A DNA stretch of 64,000 nucleotides from Betaproteobacteria bacterium (GTDB taxonomy: Bacteria > Pseudomonadota > Gammaproteobacteria > Burkholderiales > SG8-39), in assembly GCA_016195915.1 (NCBI GenBank), contig JACPYS010000028.1, positions 132,542-196,541 of the forward strand, written 5' to 3'. Of the stretch, positions 30,830 to 40,417 are shown piece after piece. The notes under the pieces were generated by a model that saw only the letters and a program-made list of their open reading frames with translations, was not told the origin of the DNA and made no database searches. A program made the translations under genes and the position numbers. How positions within the stretch are numbered: the first letter of the stretch is position 1; the number at the start of each line of letters is the position of its first letter.

Positions 30830-31393
30830 ATGCCGAAAATCTCCGAAATCGAAGACACGCCGAATCCGAATGCGAAGAAGTTCATCCTCAGGGAACCGCT
30901 GACCTGGGGCATCACGCGCTCCTACGACAACCCGGGCCAGGCCATGGACGACCCGCTGGCCGCGGCGCTGTTCCATATCAAGCACGTGACCAACGTGTTC
31001 TACATCGACCACTGGATCACCGTAACCCAGGACGGCGGCGCCGATTGGCCGGAGCTGATGCGCAAGCTCGCCGAACCGATCCGCGCCGCGCCGGCGGCGA
31101 GCGAGCAGTCCGCGCGACTCGCTTCGGCTGCGGCCAACGGCGAGTTCGCCGACATGAGCCCGGAAGACCAGGAGCGGATCGAACGGATCAACGGGCTGCT
31201 CGACGAGCAGATCCGCCCCTACCTCCAGAGCGACGGCGGGGACCTGCACGTGCTCGGGCTGGAGGGCAACCGGCTCACGGTGCATTATCAGGGCGCATGC
31301 GGCAGCTGTCCGAGCTCGCTCTCGGGCACGCTCTCGGGCATCGAGTATCTGGTGAAGTCGATCGAGCCGGACATGGAAGTAGTGGCTGTCTGA
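30830..31393 (+). CDS. Nfu/NifU-family Fe-S carrier (Nfu N-terminal domain plus NifU C-terminal CxxC domain)
   Basis: EDTPNPNAKKF N-terminal domain; C-terminal IRPYLQSDGGDL ... GACGSCPSS. Confidence 0.88.
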   Translation: MPKISEIEDTPNPNAKKFILREPLTWGITRSYDNPGQAMDDPLAAALFHIKHVTNVFYIDHWITVTQDGGADWPELMRKLAEPIRAAPAASEQSARLASAAANGEFADMSPEDQERIERINGLLDEQIRPYLQSDGGDLHVLGLEGNRLTVHYQGACGSCPSSLSGTLSGIEYLVKSIEPDMEVVAV

Positions 31394-31492
31394 GGGCGGT
31401 TCTGGAAGATGCCGCTTGACATGGCGGCCGGGTATTTGAAAGACTGCGTCAAACAATAACCCGATCGAATCGATACCTCGGAGGAAGGTTCC

Positions 31493-32797
31493 ATGATCAA
31501 GCAAGGACTTCGCATCCGCACGCTCGTCGCGGCGCTCGCAGCCGCAGGCCTTTCCACCGCGGCCATCGGCCAGGCCAAGGACGTCACCATTGGCGTGATC
31601 TTCGACTACAGCGGCCCGTTCGCCGCGGGCGGCTCGCAGGCCGCCGGCATTGGCACCAAGATCGCCATCGAGATGATCAACGAGCGCGGCGGCGTCGAGG
31701 GGCGCAAGATCAAGGCCACCTATGCCGACGCCCAGTCCAAGACCGAGGTCGCGATCAACGAGATGACGCGCCTGCTCGACCAGGACAAGGTCGACCTGAT
31801 CATGGGCGTGTATTCCAGCGCGCAGTGCGTGCCGATGGCACAGAAGGCCGACTCGTCGAAGAAGTTCATGTGGGCAAATGTCTGTGTCGCATCGGCCGTG
31901 TTCAAGGACAAGAAGCTCCAGTACGTATTCCGTCCGCAGGTGCATTCCGACCAGTTCGGCGAGGCGTCATGCACGTTTCTCAACGAGAACGCCAAGACGA
32001 AGCTGAAGAAAGACCCGAAGGACCTCAAGGTCGCGATCATCTACGAAGACGGGCCCTACGGCACCGGTGTCGCTGCCGGCAACGACGAGCAGTGCAAGAA
32101 GTACGGCATGCAGGTGGTGATGAAGGAAGGCTATTCCGCCACCGCACCCGACCTGTCCTCGCTGGTCACCAAGCTGCGCCGCGCGAGGGCGGATGTGATC
32201 CTGCACACGGGCTACAATCCGGACATCACTCTGTTCTGGCGCCAGTCGCGCGAGCAGGGCCTGAAGTGGGCGGCGCTGATCGGTCACGGGGCGGGCTACG
32301 GCCAGTTCGACAAGCTGAAGGAAGCGTTCGGCAAGGACGCCGAGCACATCTTCAACGTCGACCCGGTCGCCGCGCAATTGCTGGATGCGAAGTCGCTCGC
32401 CCCGGGGCTGGGCGCGCTGACGCAGGAGATGGTCAAGCGCTACAAGGCTGAAACCAAGGCCGAACAGGTGCCGCCGCACACCTCGATGGGGTTCAACCAG
32501 ACCTGGATCTTCCTGACCGACGTACTGCCGCGCGCGATCAAGAAGTACGGCGGTACCGATCCCGAGGCGCTGAGGAAATCCGCGCTCGAGACCGACATCC
32601 CGATCGGCGGCACGATCCAGGGCTACGGCGTGAAATTCTTCCCGCCGGGGCATGCGATGTCGGGTCAGAACGAGCGTTCCTCCCCGGTGGTGATGCAGTA
32701 CATCGGCGATGAGACGAAGATTGCCTGGCCGACCAAGCTGCGCACGATCGACCCAGTGCTGCCCTGGCCCAAATCGAACTCCTACTCGAACCAGTGA
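31493..32797 (+). CDS. ABC transporter substrate-binding protein, LivJ-like
   Basis: GGAGGAAGG SD, signal peptide MIKQGLRIRTLVAALAAAGLSTAAIGQA, type I PBP sequence. Confidence 0.88.
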   Translation: MIKQGLRIRTLVAALAAAGLSTAAIGQAKDVTIGVIFDYSGPFAAGGSQAAGIGTKIAIEMINERGGVEGRKIKATYADAQSKTEVAINEMTRLLDQDKVDLIMGVYSSAQCVPMAQKADSSKKFMWANVCVASAVFKDKKLQYVFRPQVHSDQFGEASCTFLNENAKTKLKKDPKDLKVAIIYEDGPYGTGVAAGNDEQCKKYGMQVVMKEGYSATAPDLSSLVTKLRRARADVILHTGYNPDITLFWRQSREQGLKWAALIGHGAGYGQFDKLKEAFGKDAEHIFNVDPVAAQLLDAKSLAPGLGALTQEMVKRYKAETKAEQVPPHTSMGFNQTWIFLTDVLPRAIKKYGGTDPEALRKSALETDIPIGGTIQGYGVKFFPPGHAMSGQNERSSPVVMQYIGDETKIAWPTKLRTIDPVLPWPKSNSYSNQ

Positions 32798-32842
32798 TGC
32801 GCTGACCGCGGGCCCTCGCCGCGCGGGTGGCGGGGGTTCTTC

Positions 32843-33613
32843 ATGCCCAGTCGTCTGCTCAGCGTCCACGATCTGACCAAGGCGTTTGGCGGTTTCATTG
32901 CCGTCAACCGCGTTTCGTTCGACGTCGCGGAAGGCGAGATCCTCGGGCTGATCGGGCCGAACGGCTCGGGCAAGAGCACCACCTTCAACCTGATCGCCGG
33001 CGCGCTTGCGCCGAGTGCGGGCTCGATTCGCCTGCGCGAGCGCGAGATCGGCGGTCTGTACGCGAACCGCGTCGCGCACCTCGGTGTCGGACGCACCTAC
33101 CAGATCCCGCGGCCGTTCCGGAAGCTTTCGCTGGTCGAGAACGTGGCGCTTGCCGCTTATTACGGCCAGGCCGGGCAGCCGAGCCGTGAACGTGCCTATC
33201 AGCAGGCGCGCGACGCGCTGGAACTGGTGAAGCTGCCATCGGAGGATGCGGCGCGCGTCGACGGCCTGGGGGCCGCGGGACTCAAAAAATTGGAACTCGC
33301 GCGTGCCCTCGCCACGCAACCGCAGTTGCTGCTCGCCGACGAGTCGCTGGGTGGCCTTGACGAGCAGGAGATGAATCAGGCCGCGGACATGCTTTCCGGC
33401 ATTCGCGACCGGCGCGGCATCACCATCATCTGGGTCGAGCACATCATGGGCGCGCTGATGCGTGTGGTGGACCGCTGCGTGGTGCTCGACCACGGCGAAG
33501 TGATCGCTCAGGGCAAGCCGCAGGAAGTGGCGCACGACCCGAAGGTGATCGAGGTCTACCTCGGCACCGACGCGAGGCAGTTGCAGTCGGACATCGCCGC
33601 GAGGACCGGCTGA
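32843..33613 (+). CDS. livG: Branched-chain amino acid ABC transporter ATP-binding protein (LivG-type)
   Basis: GPNGSGKST; C-terminal EVYLG. Confidence 0.9.
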   Translation: MPSRLLSVHDLTKAFGGFIAVNRVSFDVAEGEILGLIGPNGSGKSTTFNLIAGALAPSAGSIRLREREIGGLYANRVAHLGVGRTYQIPRPFRKLSLVENVALAAYYGQAGQPSRERAYQQARDALELVKLPSEDAARVDGLGAAGLKKLELARALATQPQLLLADESLGGLDEQEMNQAADMLSGIRDRRGITIIWVEHIMGALMRVVDRCVVLDHGEVIAQGKPQEVAHDPKVIEVYLGTDARQLQSDIAARTG

Positions 33614-34317
33614 TGCTGGTGCTCGAGAACGTTTCGGCGGGCTACGGCAGTTTCCAGGCGCTTTTCGGTGTGAGCCTGGAGGTGAACGCGGGGGAATCGG
33701 TTGCGGTGATCGGGCCCAATGGCGCGGGGAAGACGACGCTGCTGCGCGTGATATCAAAGCTCATCAATCCCACCTCGGGGGAGATCCGCATGGAGGGGCG
33801 CGCCCTCACCAGGGTGCCGGCGTACGAGGTGATCAGCCGTGGCATCGCGCAGGTGCCGGAGAACCGGCGGCTGTTCCCGCGCCTGTCGGTACAGGACAAC
33901 CTGAAAATGGGTGCCTATCTCCCCGCCGCGCGCGCGAAGTTCGCCGAGCGCCTTGAGATGGTGTACACGCTTTTCCCGCGCATGAAGGAGCGGCACGCGC
34001 AGCTTGCCGGCACCCTCTCAGGCGGCGAGCAGCAGATGTGCGCCATCGGGCGCGCGCTCATGTCCGGTCCGAAGCTGTTGCTGCTCGACGAGCCTTCGGC
34101 CGGACTCGCGCCGGTGGTGGTGCAGGCGATCTTCGAGGTGGTGAGAAGGATGTCCGCCGAAGGCTACACGGTGCTGATCGTCGAGCAGAACGTGCGCCAG
34201 GTGCTCAAGGTCGTCGATCGCGCCTACCTGCTCGAGACCGGCCGCATCAAGTCGAGCGGCAATTCGGCCGAGCTGCTCTCGAACGAGGAAATCAGGAAAG
34301 CCTACCTGGGACTCTAG
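33613..34317 (+). CDS. livF: Branched-chain amino acid ABC transporter ATP-binding protein (LivF-type)
   Basis: GPNGAGKTT, LSGGEQQMCAIGRAL, KAYLG end. The start overlaps the livG stop. Confidence 0.9.
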   Translation: MLVLENVSAGYGSFQALFGVSLEVNAGESVAVIGPNGAGKTTLLRVISKLINPTSGEIRMEGRALTRVPAYEVISRGIAQVPENRRLFPRLSVQDNLKMGAYLPAARAKFAERLEMVYTLFPRMKERHAQLAGTLSGGEQQMCAIGRALMSGPKLLLLDEPSAGLAPVVVQAIFEVVRRMSAEGYTVLIVEQNVRQVLKVVDRAYLLETGRIKSSGNSAELLSNEEIRKAYLGL

Positions 34318-34319
34318 AC

Positions 34320-35186
34320 ATGGACATCTTCGACGTATTCCTGCTCGAGGCGGTGTTGAATGGCCTGTTGCTGGGCGGCATCCTCGCCCTGCTCGCGCTC
34401 GGTCTCAATCTCGTGTTCGGGGTGATCGACGTGGTGTGGATCTGCTACGCCGAGATGATCATGATCGGCATGTACGCGGTGTACTACCTGCACAACGTCT
34501 ACCACTGGCCGCTGTGGCTCGCGTTCGCCTCCGCAATCGCCATCGTCGCCCTGGGTGGCGCGGCGCTGCACCACCTGGTGATCCGCCCGGTGCTCGCCGC
34601 CGAGCCGATCAACCAGCTGCTGGTCACCGGCGGCGTGTTGTTTTTCCTGCAGGCGGCGGCGACACTCGTGTTCGGCGTCGAGTTCAGGAACCTCGGCATC
34701 CGCCTGCCGCAATTGCAGTTCGGCGAGATGTACCTGAGCATGGCGCGGCTGATCGCGTTTGGTGTGGCGCTCGCCGCGATGATCGCGATGTCGGTGTTCC
34801 TCAAGCGCAGCTACCTCGGCACCGCGATCCGCGCCATCTCGCAGGACCGCCAGATCATGCCGCTGATGGGGGTCAATCCGAACCGCATCTTCCTCGTCAC
34901 CTCGGCGCTCGGCGGCGCCCTGGCCGGCGTGGCCGCGTGCCTGCTGGTGCTGCAGTACGACATCCATCCCGCGATCGGCCTGTCGTTCGGGCCGATCACG
35001 TTTCTAATCTGCGTGCTTGGCGGGCTGGGCAACATGATGGGCGGCTTCATCGCCGCGTTTATCTTCGCCCAATTCATCTCGGTGGGCGGGTTCTTCCTGC
35101 ACGTCGAGTGGGGCTACGTGCTCGCGTTCCTGTTCTTCATCGCGGTGATGTTCTGGAAGCCGCAGGGAATCCTGGGAGGGAAATGA
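34320..35186 (+). CDS. livH: Branched-chain amino acid ABC transporter permease (LivH-type)
   Basis: MDIFDVFLLEAVLNGLLLGG... multi-TM sequence. ATG at 34320, in the frame of ORF 34038-35186. Confidence 0.88.
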   Translation: MDIFDVFLLEAVLNGLLLGGILALLALGLNLVFGVIDVVWICYAEMIMIGMYAVYYLHNVYHWPLWLAFASAIAIVALGGAALHHLVIRPVLAAEPINQLLVTGGVLFFLQAAATLVFGVEFRNLGIRLPQLQFGEMYLSMARLIAFGVALAAMIAMSVFLKRSYLGTAIRAISQDRQIMPLMGVNPNRIFLVTSALGGALAGVAACLLVLQYDIHPAIGLSFGPITFLICVLGGLGNMMGGFIAAFIFAQFISVGGFFLHVEWGYVLAFLFFIAVMFWKPQGILGGK

Positions 35187-36151
35187 AGTACGCCGCGCTC
35201 GCGCTGCTGGCCGCCGCCCCGCTGCTGGGGATGGGCAACTACCCGCTGCACCTGCTGATCCTGTGCCTGCTGTGGGCCTGCGTCTACACCAGCTGGTCGG
35301 TGATGGGGCGGCTGGGGATGGTGAGTTTCGGCCACGGGGCGTTCATGGGGATCGGTGCGTACGTGGTGGTGATGGGCTGGAACCACTATGGACTGTCGCC
35401 GTGGATCGGCACGCCGATTGCGCTCGCGCTCGCCGCGGCGGTCGCCTTTCTGATCGGCTATCCATGTTTTCGCTTCAAGATCGTAGGCCATTATTTCGCG
35501 CTGGTGACGCTCGCGCTCTCCGAAGTGACGCGCCTGATCATCGTGGCGCTGCGCGACCAGACCGGAGGTTCGCTCGGAGTAACGCCGAAGACGGCGCTCG
35601 CGGATGTCTCGTACTCGCTCAACGCGCTGCAATTCTCGTCCAAACTGGTGTGGTTCTACGTGATCCTCGCGTTCTGGCTCGGCGGGCTGTGGATATGGAA
35701 GAAGGTGGACGAGAGCATGGGCCGCCTCGCGCTCGAGGCGATCAGCCAGGAAGAGGACGCCGCCGCCTCGATCGGCATCAACGTCACCAAACTCAAGCTC
35801 GGCGTCACCATACTCTCGGCGCTGATGACCTGCATGGGCGGCGTCCTCTACGCGCAGTATCAGTTGTATGTGAATCCGGATACGGTCTCGGGTATCGGCA
35901 TCTCGCTGCAGATGGTGTTCGGCGTGATCGCGGGCGGCATGTTCGTGCGGCTGGGCCCGACGGTGGGCGCGGCGTTCACGCTGCTGCTTGCCGAAGGATT
36001 GAGGTTGTGGTTCGGCAACCAGTATCACGGGCTCGATCTGACGGTGTACGGACTGATGCTGGTGCTGTTCATCATCTACATGCCCAAGGGCATACTCGGC
36101 GCGGCGAGCGGGGCGCTGGAGAAAAGGCGGATGGTTCGAGCGGGGGCGTGA
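35183..36151 (+). CDS. livM: Branched-chain amino acid ABC transporter permease (LivM-type)
   Basis: VSFGHGAFMGIGAY motif. The ATG overlaps the livH stop (ATGA). Confidence 0.88.
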   Translation: MKYAALALLAAAPLLGMGNYPLHLLILCLLWACVYTSWSVMGRLGMVSFGHGAFMGIGAYVVVMGWNHYGLSPWIGTPIALALAAAVAFLIGYPCFRFKIVGHYFALVTLALSEVTRLIIVALRDQTGGSLGVTPKTALADVSYSLNALQFSSKLVWFYVILAFWLGGLWIWKKVDESMGRLALEAISQEEDAAASIGINVTKLKLGVTILSALMTCMGGVLYAQYQLYVNPDTVSGIGISLQMVFGVIAGGMFVRLGPTVGAAFTLLLAEGLRLWFGNQYHGLDLTVYGLMLVLFIIYMPKGILGAASGALEKRRMVRAGA

Positions 36152-36360
36152 CGTTCGCGGGGGTCATCTCGGGCGATGGCCCGGGCGCATGCAAACGGGC
36201 ATCTTCGGCAACGACACGTCTCAAGCGTTCGACGTGGAGGTGAAATGAAGCGACCCAAGCTGATCCCCCGGATCGCCTCGGCCACTTTCTTGCGACAGGG
36301 CGGCGCGTGACGAATTGGCTCGGCGGAGAGTAAGATGTTCCTCCGTCTCGTGGCCACATC

Positions 36361-36702
36361 ATGAAAACCGTCAACATCCGCCAGCTCAAGAACAACCCCT
36401 CGGATGCGCTGCGCATGGCGCGCAAGGCGCCGGTGGTGGTGATGAACCGCGACCAGCCGGAGGCGGTGCTGTTTCACCTCGATGATGAGGGCTTGCTTGG
36501 CGAGCCCGGGGTTCGGCTCGCGCTCGCAACGGCGCTGTACAAGAGCGAGAGTGTGTCCCTCGGAACGGCGGCAAAGGTGGCGGGAATGCCGCTTGAGTCG
36601 TTTATGGTCGAGATGGGCCGGGCGGGCATACCCGTGATCCGGGGCGATGCCAAGACAGTGCGTGAAGATCTCGCCAACCTGAAGGCGTGGCGCGCAAAAT
36701 AG
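36361..36702 (+). CDS. Two-domain antitoxin: Phd/YefM-like N-terminus fused to a UPF0175-type domain
   Basis: The N-terminus MKTVNIRQLKNNPSDALRMA..PVVVMNRDQPEAVLF is Phd-like. The C-terminus VRLALATALYKSESVSLGTAAKVAGMPLESFMVEMGRAGIPV is UPF0175-like, the usual partner of DUF3368 proteins. Confidence 0.75.
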   Translation: MKTVNIRQLKNNPSDALRMARKAPVVVMNRDQPEAVLFHLDDEGLLGEPGVRLALATALYKSESVSLGTAAKVAGMPLESFMVEMGRAGIPVIRGDAKTVREDLANLKAWRAK

Positions 36703-37182
36703 TCCTGGCGGACGCAAGCCCGCTCATCGGGCTTGCGCGCGTAGGCGGCCTTCCCTGGCTGCGCAAGCTGTACCTGTCGATTTCTATCACCAAGGCGGTT
36801 CATAACGAGACGACGGTCGGGCGCGAACTCCCCGGGGCGGTCGCGATCTCAACCGCGATGAAGCAGGGTTGGATTCGGGTGCTGCGGTGAGGAGCGGGCT
36901 GAGCCAATGTTGCCGCGCCTCGACTTGGGCGAAGCCAGCACCCTGCGCGCAGCGCTCGCAATAGGAGCGAGGACGCTGGTGCTGCTCGATGACCTGCAGG
37001 CGCGGCGCGAGGCACAGCGCCTCGGAATCGCGGTTACCGGTACCGTGGGTGTCGTCGCCGATGCCAAGCGTTCCGGTCTGATTTCGGCCGCGCGACCCGT
37101 CTTTGCGCGTCTTTCGGATGAGGGGTTCCATCTTGGCGCCGATCTGCTTCAGGGCATTCTGATTGAGTTGGGCGAGGATTGA
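36687..37182 (+). pseudogene. DUF3368-type PIN-like toxin gene split by a +1 frameshift
   Basis: A GTG start at 36687 overlaps the antitoxin end. The N-terminal 67 aa (IVLADASPLIGLARVG..GWIRVLR*) and C-terminal 91 aa (LDLGEASTLRAALAIGA..LLDDLQARREAQRLGIAVTGTVGV) lie in frames 0 and +1. Skipping one base near 36886-36890 restores a single ~160-aa DUF3368-like protein. Confidence 0.72.
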
Positions 37183-37185
37183 GCA

Positions 37186-37344
37186 TGCACATCCGATTGA
37201 TGATCGCATCACGCCGTAGATGAGCCCGAGGCCGACGCACATCAGCGCGTAGACCCTGCCGGCGAGAAGGCCGGCGGTGAGCGCCTGCAGGACGTTCTCG
37301 AGAAGGATGAGCGCCGCGTTGATGGCCGTACAGACTGCCGTCGG
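37186..37344 (-). pseudogene. 5' remnant of a livH-type permease gene
   Basis: The minus strand reads ..INAALILLENVLQALTAGLLAGRVYALMCVGLGLIYGVMR(IIN). This matches the LivH N-terminal pattern xGLxxGxxYALxxxGxxLxxGVxxxxN seen in the two intact copies. There is no canonical start, and homology stops about 10 nt from the toxin stop. Confidence 0.45.
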
Positions 37345-37355
37345 CGGGAGGCGCG

Positions 37356-38564
37356 TCAGCCAGCAAGCGCGCGACGCACAGATTCCGCGATTGCGGCGTC
37401 CGCCTCAGGCGGCGGAACCTGCAGGTCGACGATGAGGATGCCACGCTGGGCCAGGCGCTCCGACAGGTGAACCGGCACATCGGCGCTCTGCAGGCGTTTG
37501 CTCAAACCTATGGCGTCGACACGCGCAAGTGCAGCGTCGATTACCAGATGTAGATGAGGCACCCGGCCGGTCTCGCTTGCAGGAAGCAGGCGCGTGTGTA
37601 TACCGGGCAACCCGCCGAGCCTCGCTTCGATGCGCCTCAGTCGCTCCTCCAGACGAGCGTTGGCTGCCACGTCGTCGGTTGCAGCGAAGCGCTCGAGCGC
37701 GGTTAGCACGCCGACAATTTCTTCCTTGCCTACCTTGAAGCCACGCCCCAGCCCGTGGTGCGGAACGCCTTTCAGCGTGGCGCGGTCGATCAGATCGGGC
37801 GGCGACCAGCTTGCCGGAGCCACGTCCATGTCGAGCTGTTGCACGAGAGCGGCGCCGATGAGGTCGCGGCGGCCGGCGAGAATGCCCGTCGCCTGCGGTC
37901 CGCCGATCGCCTTGCCGCCGGAAAAGGCGACTAGATCGGCCCCTGATTCTATGAACCGGCGCAGGTTCGACCTAGGTGGAAGCTGAGCAGCGGCATCGAC
38001 GATGACCGGCAGATCGCACGGCTTGCACACGGCCACGACCATCGGGAGGTCCGGAATATTTTCCGGGTTGGCGGAGAATGCAAAGGCGACCGTTCCCGGC
38101 GTGATGGCGGTTTCGATCTCCCAGGCTTCGAGGCCTCGAACGCCGGCACCGGTCGCACGATCGTTGTGACCGATGTCGACGAGCCGCGCACCGGATGCGC
38201 TCAACGCATGGGCGTAGCCGGTGCGATGGGTTCGGGGAATGAGGATCTCGTGGGCGAAACCCTCGGCGTGCGGCAGCGCCGCCATCTTGCCGATATCCCA
38301 CCGCGTCATGCTCGCGGCAGCCGCGATTGTCAATGCGGCGGCAGCGCCGCTCGTCACCAACCCGGCCTCGGCGCCTGTGATGCGCGCGATGGTTCGGCTC
38401 GCAGCAGACTGCAACTCGGCGATATCGACGGATTGTGTTGCCGCCGCCGCCATCGCGGCGACGACCTCGGGCGCCATGAGACTCCCGCCCAGGCGCGTGA
38501 GCGTGCCCGCAGCATTGATCCTGCGCCGTACGCCGAGCGCAGCGTAGACATCGTCTTTGTCCAA
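37356..38564 (-). CDS. SelA-like / DgaE-like PLP-dependent enzyme
   Basis: LGVRRRINAAGTLTRLGGSLM and FSGGKAIGGPQATG (PLP-Lys region). A TTG start at 38564 follows GAGAGGA. Confidence 0.8.
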   Translation of the reverse strand: MDKDDVYAALGVRRRINAAGTLTRLGGSLMAPEVVAAMAAAATQSVDIAELQSAASRTIARITGAEAGLVTSGAAAALTIAAAASMTRWDIGKMAALPHAEGFAHEILIPRTHRTGYAHALSASGARLVDIGHNDRATGAGVRGLEAWEIETAITPGTVAFAFSANPENIPDLPMVVAVCKPCDLPVIVDAAAQLPPRSNLRRFIESGADLVAFSGGKAIGGPQATGILAGRRDLIGAALVQQLDMDVAPASWSPPDLIDRATLKGVPHHGLGRGFKVGKEEIVGVLTALERFAATDDVAANARLEERLRRIEARLGGLPGIHTRLLPASETGRVPHLHLVIDAALARVDAIGLSKRLQSADVPVHLSERLAQRGILIVDLQVPPPEADAAIAESVRRALAG

Positions 38565-38629
38565 TTCCTATCCTCTCGTCTAAAATTCCGGACGGCCAAT
38601 AGTAATCGCATCCACGAGGAACCCGTTCG

Positions 38630-40417
38630 ATGTCCGATAAGCGTGACCCGATTGTGTTCGAACTGTTCAAGAACGCCATCTTCTCGATCGCCGACGAGAT
38701 GGCGCTCACCGTTTTCCGCACCACCTACTCCGGCGTGCTGAAGGACAACATGGATTACTCGACCGGGTTCGCCGACGCGGATGGAAAGCTCGTCGCTCAG
38801 GGGCTTACCCTTCCAGGGCATCTCGGGTCGGTGCCGACCGCGATGCAATCCATCATGCGGCATTACCGGGACGACATGCAGCCCGGTGACGTGTTCATCA
38901 TGAACGACCCGTTCGACGGTGGCATGCACCTGCCCGACATCTTCGTCTTCAAGCCGCTCTATCACGAGGGCAAGCGCCTCGCCTTCGCGTGCACGGTGTG
39001 CCATCACAGCGATGTGGGCGGGCGCGTGGCGGGGTCGAATGCGTCCGATTCCACCGAAATCTACGCCGAGGGGCTGCGCATTGCACCGCTCAAGCTCTAC
39101 GACCGGGGCACGCTCAACACCACGCTGATGACGATCATCGAGAAGAACGTTCGCCTGCCGGTGCAGGTGTTCGGCGACCTGCGGGCCCAGCTTGCCGCCT
39201 GCTACATCGCCGAAAAGCAGTTCGCGGAGCTGGTTGCGAAGTACGGACCGGAGCAAACCGCCTACTACATGAATGAAACGATCGATTACGCGGAGCGCCT
39301 TACGCGCGCCGCGATCGAGGGGCTGCCCGACGGGGAATGGAGCTTCGAGGACTGGATCGACGACGACGGCATCGATTACGGCAAGCCGATCCGGCTGTTC
39401 GTGACGATAACAAAGGCGGGCGACCAGATGCGGGTCGACTGGACCGGGACCTCGCCCCAGGTGAAGGGTGCGATCAACAACACGCTCTCCTACACCAAGG
39501 CAGCCGCGTATACCGGCGTGCGCTCGGTGCTGCCGCAGGGCATTCCGAACAACGAGGGCGTGTTCCGCGCGATCGAGGTGATCTGCCCGCCCGGCACGGT
39601 CGGCAACGGCGTCCTGCCGGCTGCGTGTGCCGCGCGCGGGCTCACAGGCTTTCGCATGGTCGATTGCATGTTCGGCGCGCTCGCGATGATGCTGCCCGAG
39701 AAGGTCAAAGCGGCAGGCGACGGCGGCAACACCGGGATTTCGATCGGCGGCTACCACGCGGATCGCAAGCCCTTCGTGTATGTCGATTTTACTTGCGGTG
39801 CCTGGGGCGCACGGCCCTGGGCCGACGGGCTGGACGGCAATTCGCACATGTTCGCCAACATGGCCTCGCACTCGATCGAGGTCACCGAGGCGGAGCATCC
39901 GATCCAGTTGCTCGCTTACGAGTTCGTGCCGGACAAGGCGGGCGCCGGAAAGTACCGCGGCGGCGTGCCGTTCCGGCGTGACTACCGTTTCCTTGAAGCC
40001 GAAGGCGTGCTTCAGGTTCGCTCCGACCGTCGCGACCACCGCCCCTTCGGCCTGTATGGGGGGAGCCCGGGACAGCCTTCCGAGAACTATTTCAATCCGG
40101 AAACCGAGCATCGCGTGCTGCCGGGAAAATTCACCATGAACGTCAAGAGCGGCGATGTGTTTCGGCACGTTCTCGCCGGCGCCGGGGGCTGGGGCGATCC
40201 GCTCGAGCGCGATCCGGCGGCGGTGCTCAGGGACGTGCGCAACGAACTGCTCTCGCCCGCGAAGGCCCGGTTCGACTACGGCGTCGTCATCGATACTGTG
40301 CGCTGGATGGTTGATGTTGCTGCGACGGAGAAGCATCGTGCCCAGATCCGCTTGGCGAGGGCCTGGCGGGAAGTGCCGAAGGTGCAGCGCGATGACGCAC
40401 TCCCGCAAGCGCGATGA
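38630..40417 (+). CDS. Hydantoinase B/oxoprolinase family protein (second copy)
   Basis: DPIVFELFKNA, NDPFDGGMHLPD, GAGGWGDPLER. By eye it looks roughly one-third identical to the copy at 12883-14691. Confidence 0.92.
   Translation: MSDKRDPIVFELFKNAIFSIADEMALTVFRTTYSGVLKDNMDYSTGFADADGKLVAQGLTLPGHLGSVPTAMQSIMRHYRDDMQPGDVFIMNDPFDGGMHLPDIFVFKPLYHEGKRLAFACTVCHHSDVGGRVAGSNASDSTEIYAEGLRIAPLKLYDRGTLNTTLMTIIEKNVRLPVQVFGDLRAQLAACYIAEKQFAELVAKYGPEQTAYYMNETIDYAERLTRAAIEGLPDGEWSFEDWIDDDGIDYGKPIRLFVTITKAGDQMRVDWTGTSPQVKGAINNTLSYTKAAAYTGVRSVLPQGIPNNEGVFRAIEVICPPGTVGNGVLPAACAARGLTGFRMVDCMFGALAMMLPEKVKAAGDGGNTGISIGGYHADRKPFVYVDFTCGAWGARPWADGLDGNSHMFANMASHSIEVTEAEHPIQLLAYEFVPDKAGAGKYRGGVPFRRDYRFLEAEGVLQVRSDRRDHRPFGLYGGSPGQPSENYFNPETEHRVLPGKFTMNVKSGDVFRHVLAGAGGWGDPLERDPAAVLRDVRNELLSPAKARFDYGVVIDTVRWMVDVAATEKHRAQIRLARAWREVPKVQRDDALPQAR

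Noticed and set aside
37356-38564. The SelA-like gene as evidence for selenoprotein synthesis machinery.
   Set aside because: The protein is about 400 aa and of the DgaE/SelA-like type, without the SelA N-terminal domain. No selB, selC or selD genes are nearby. The context is catabolic.
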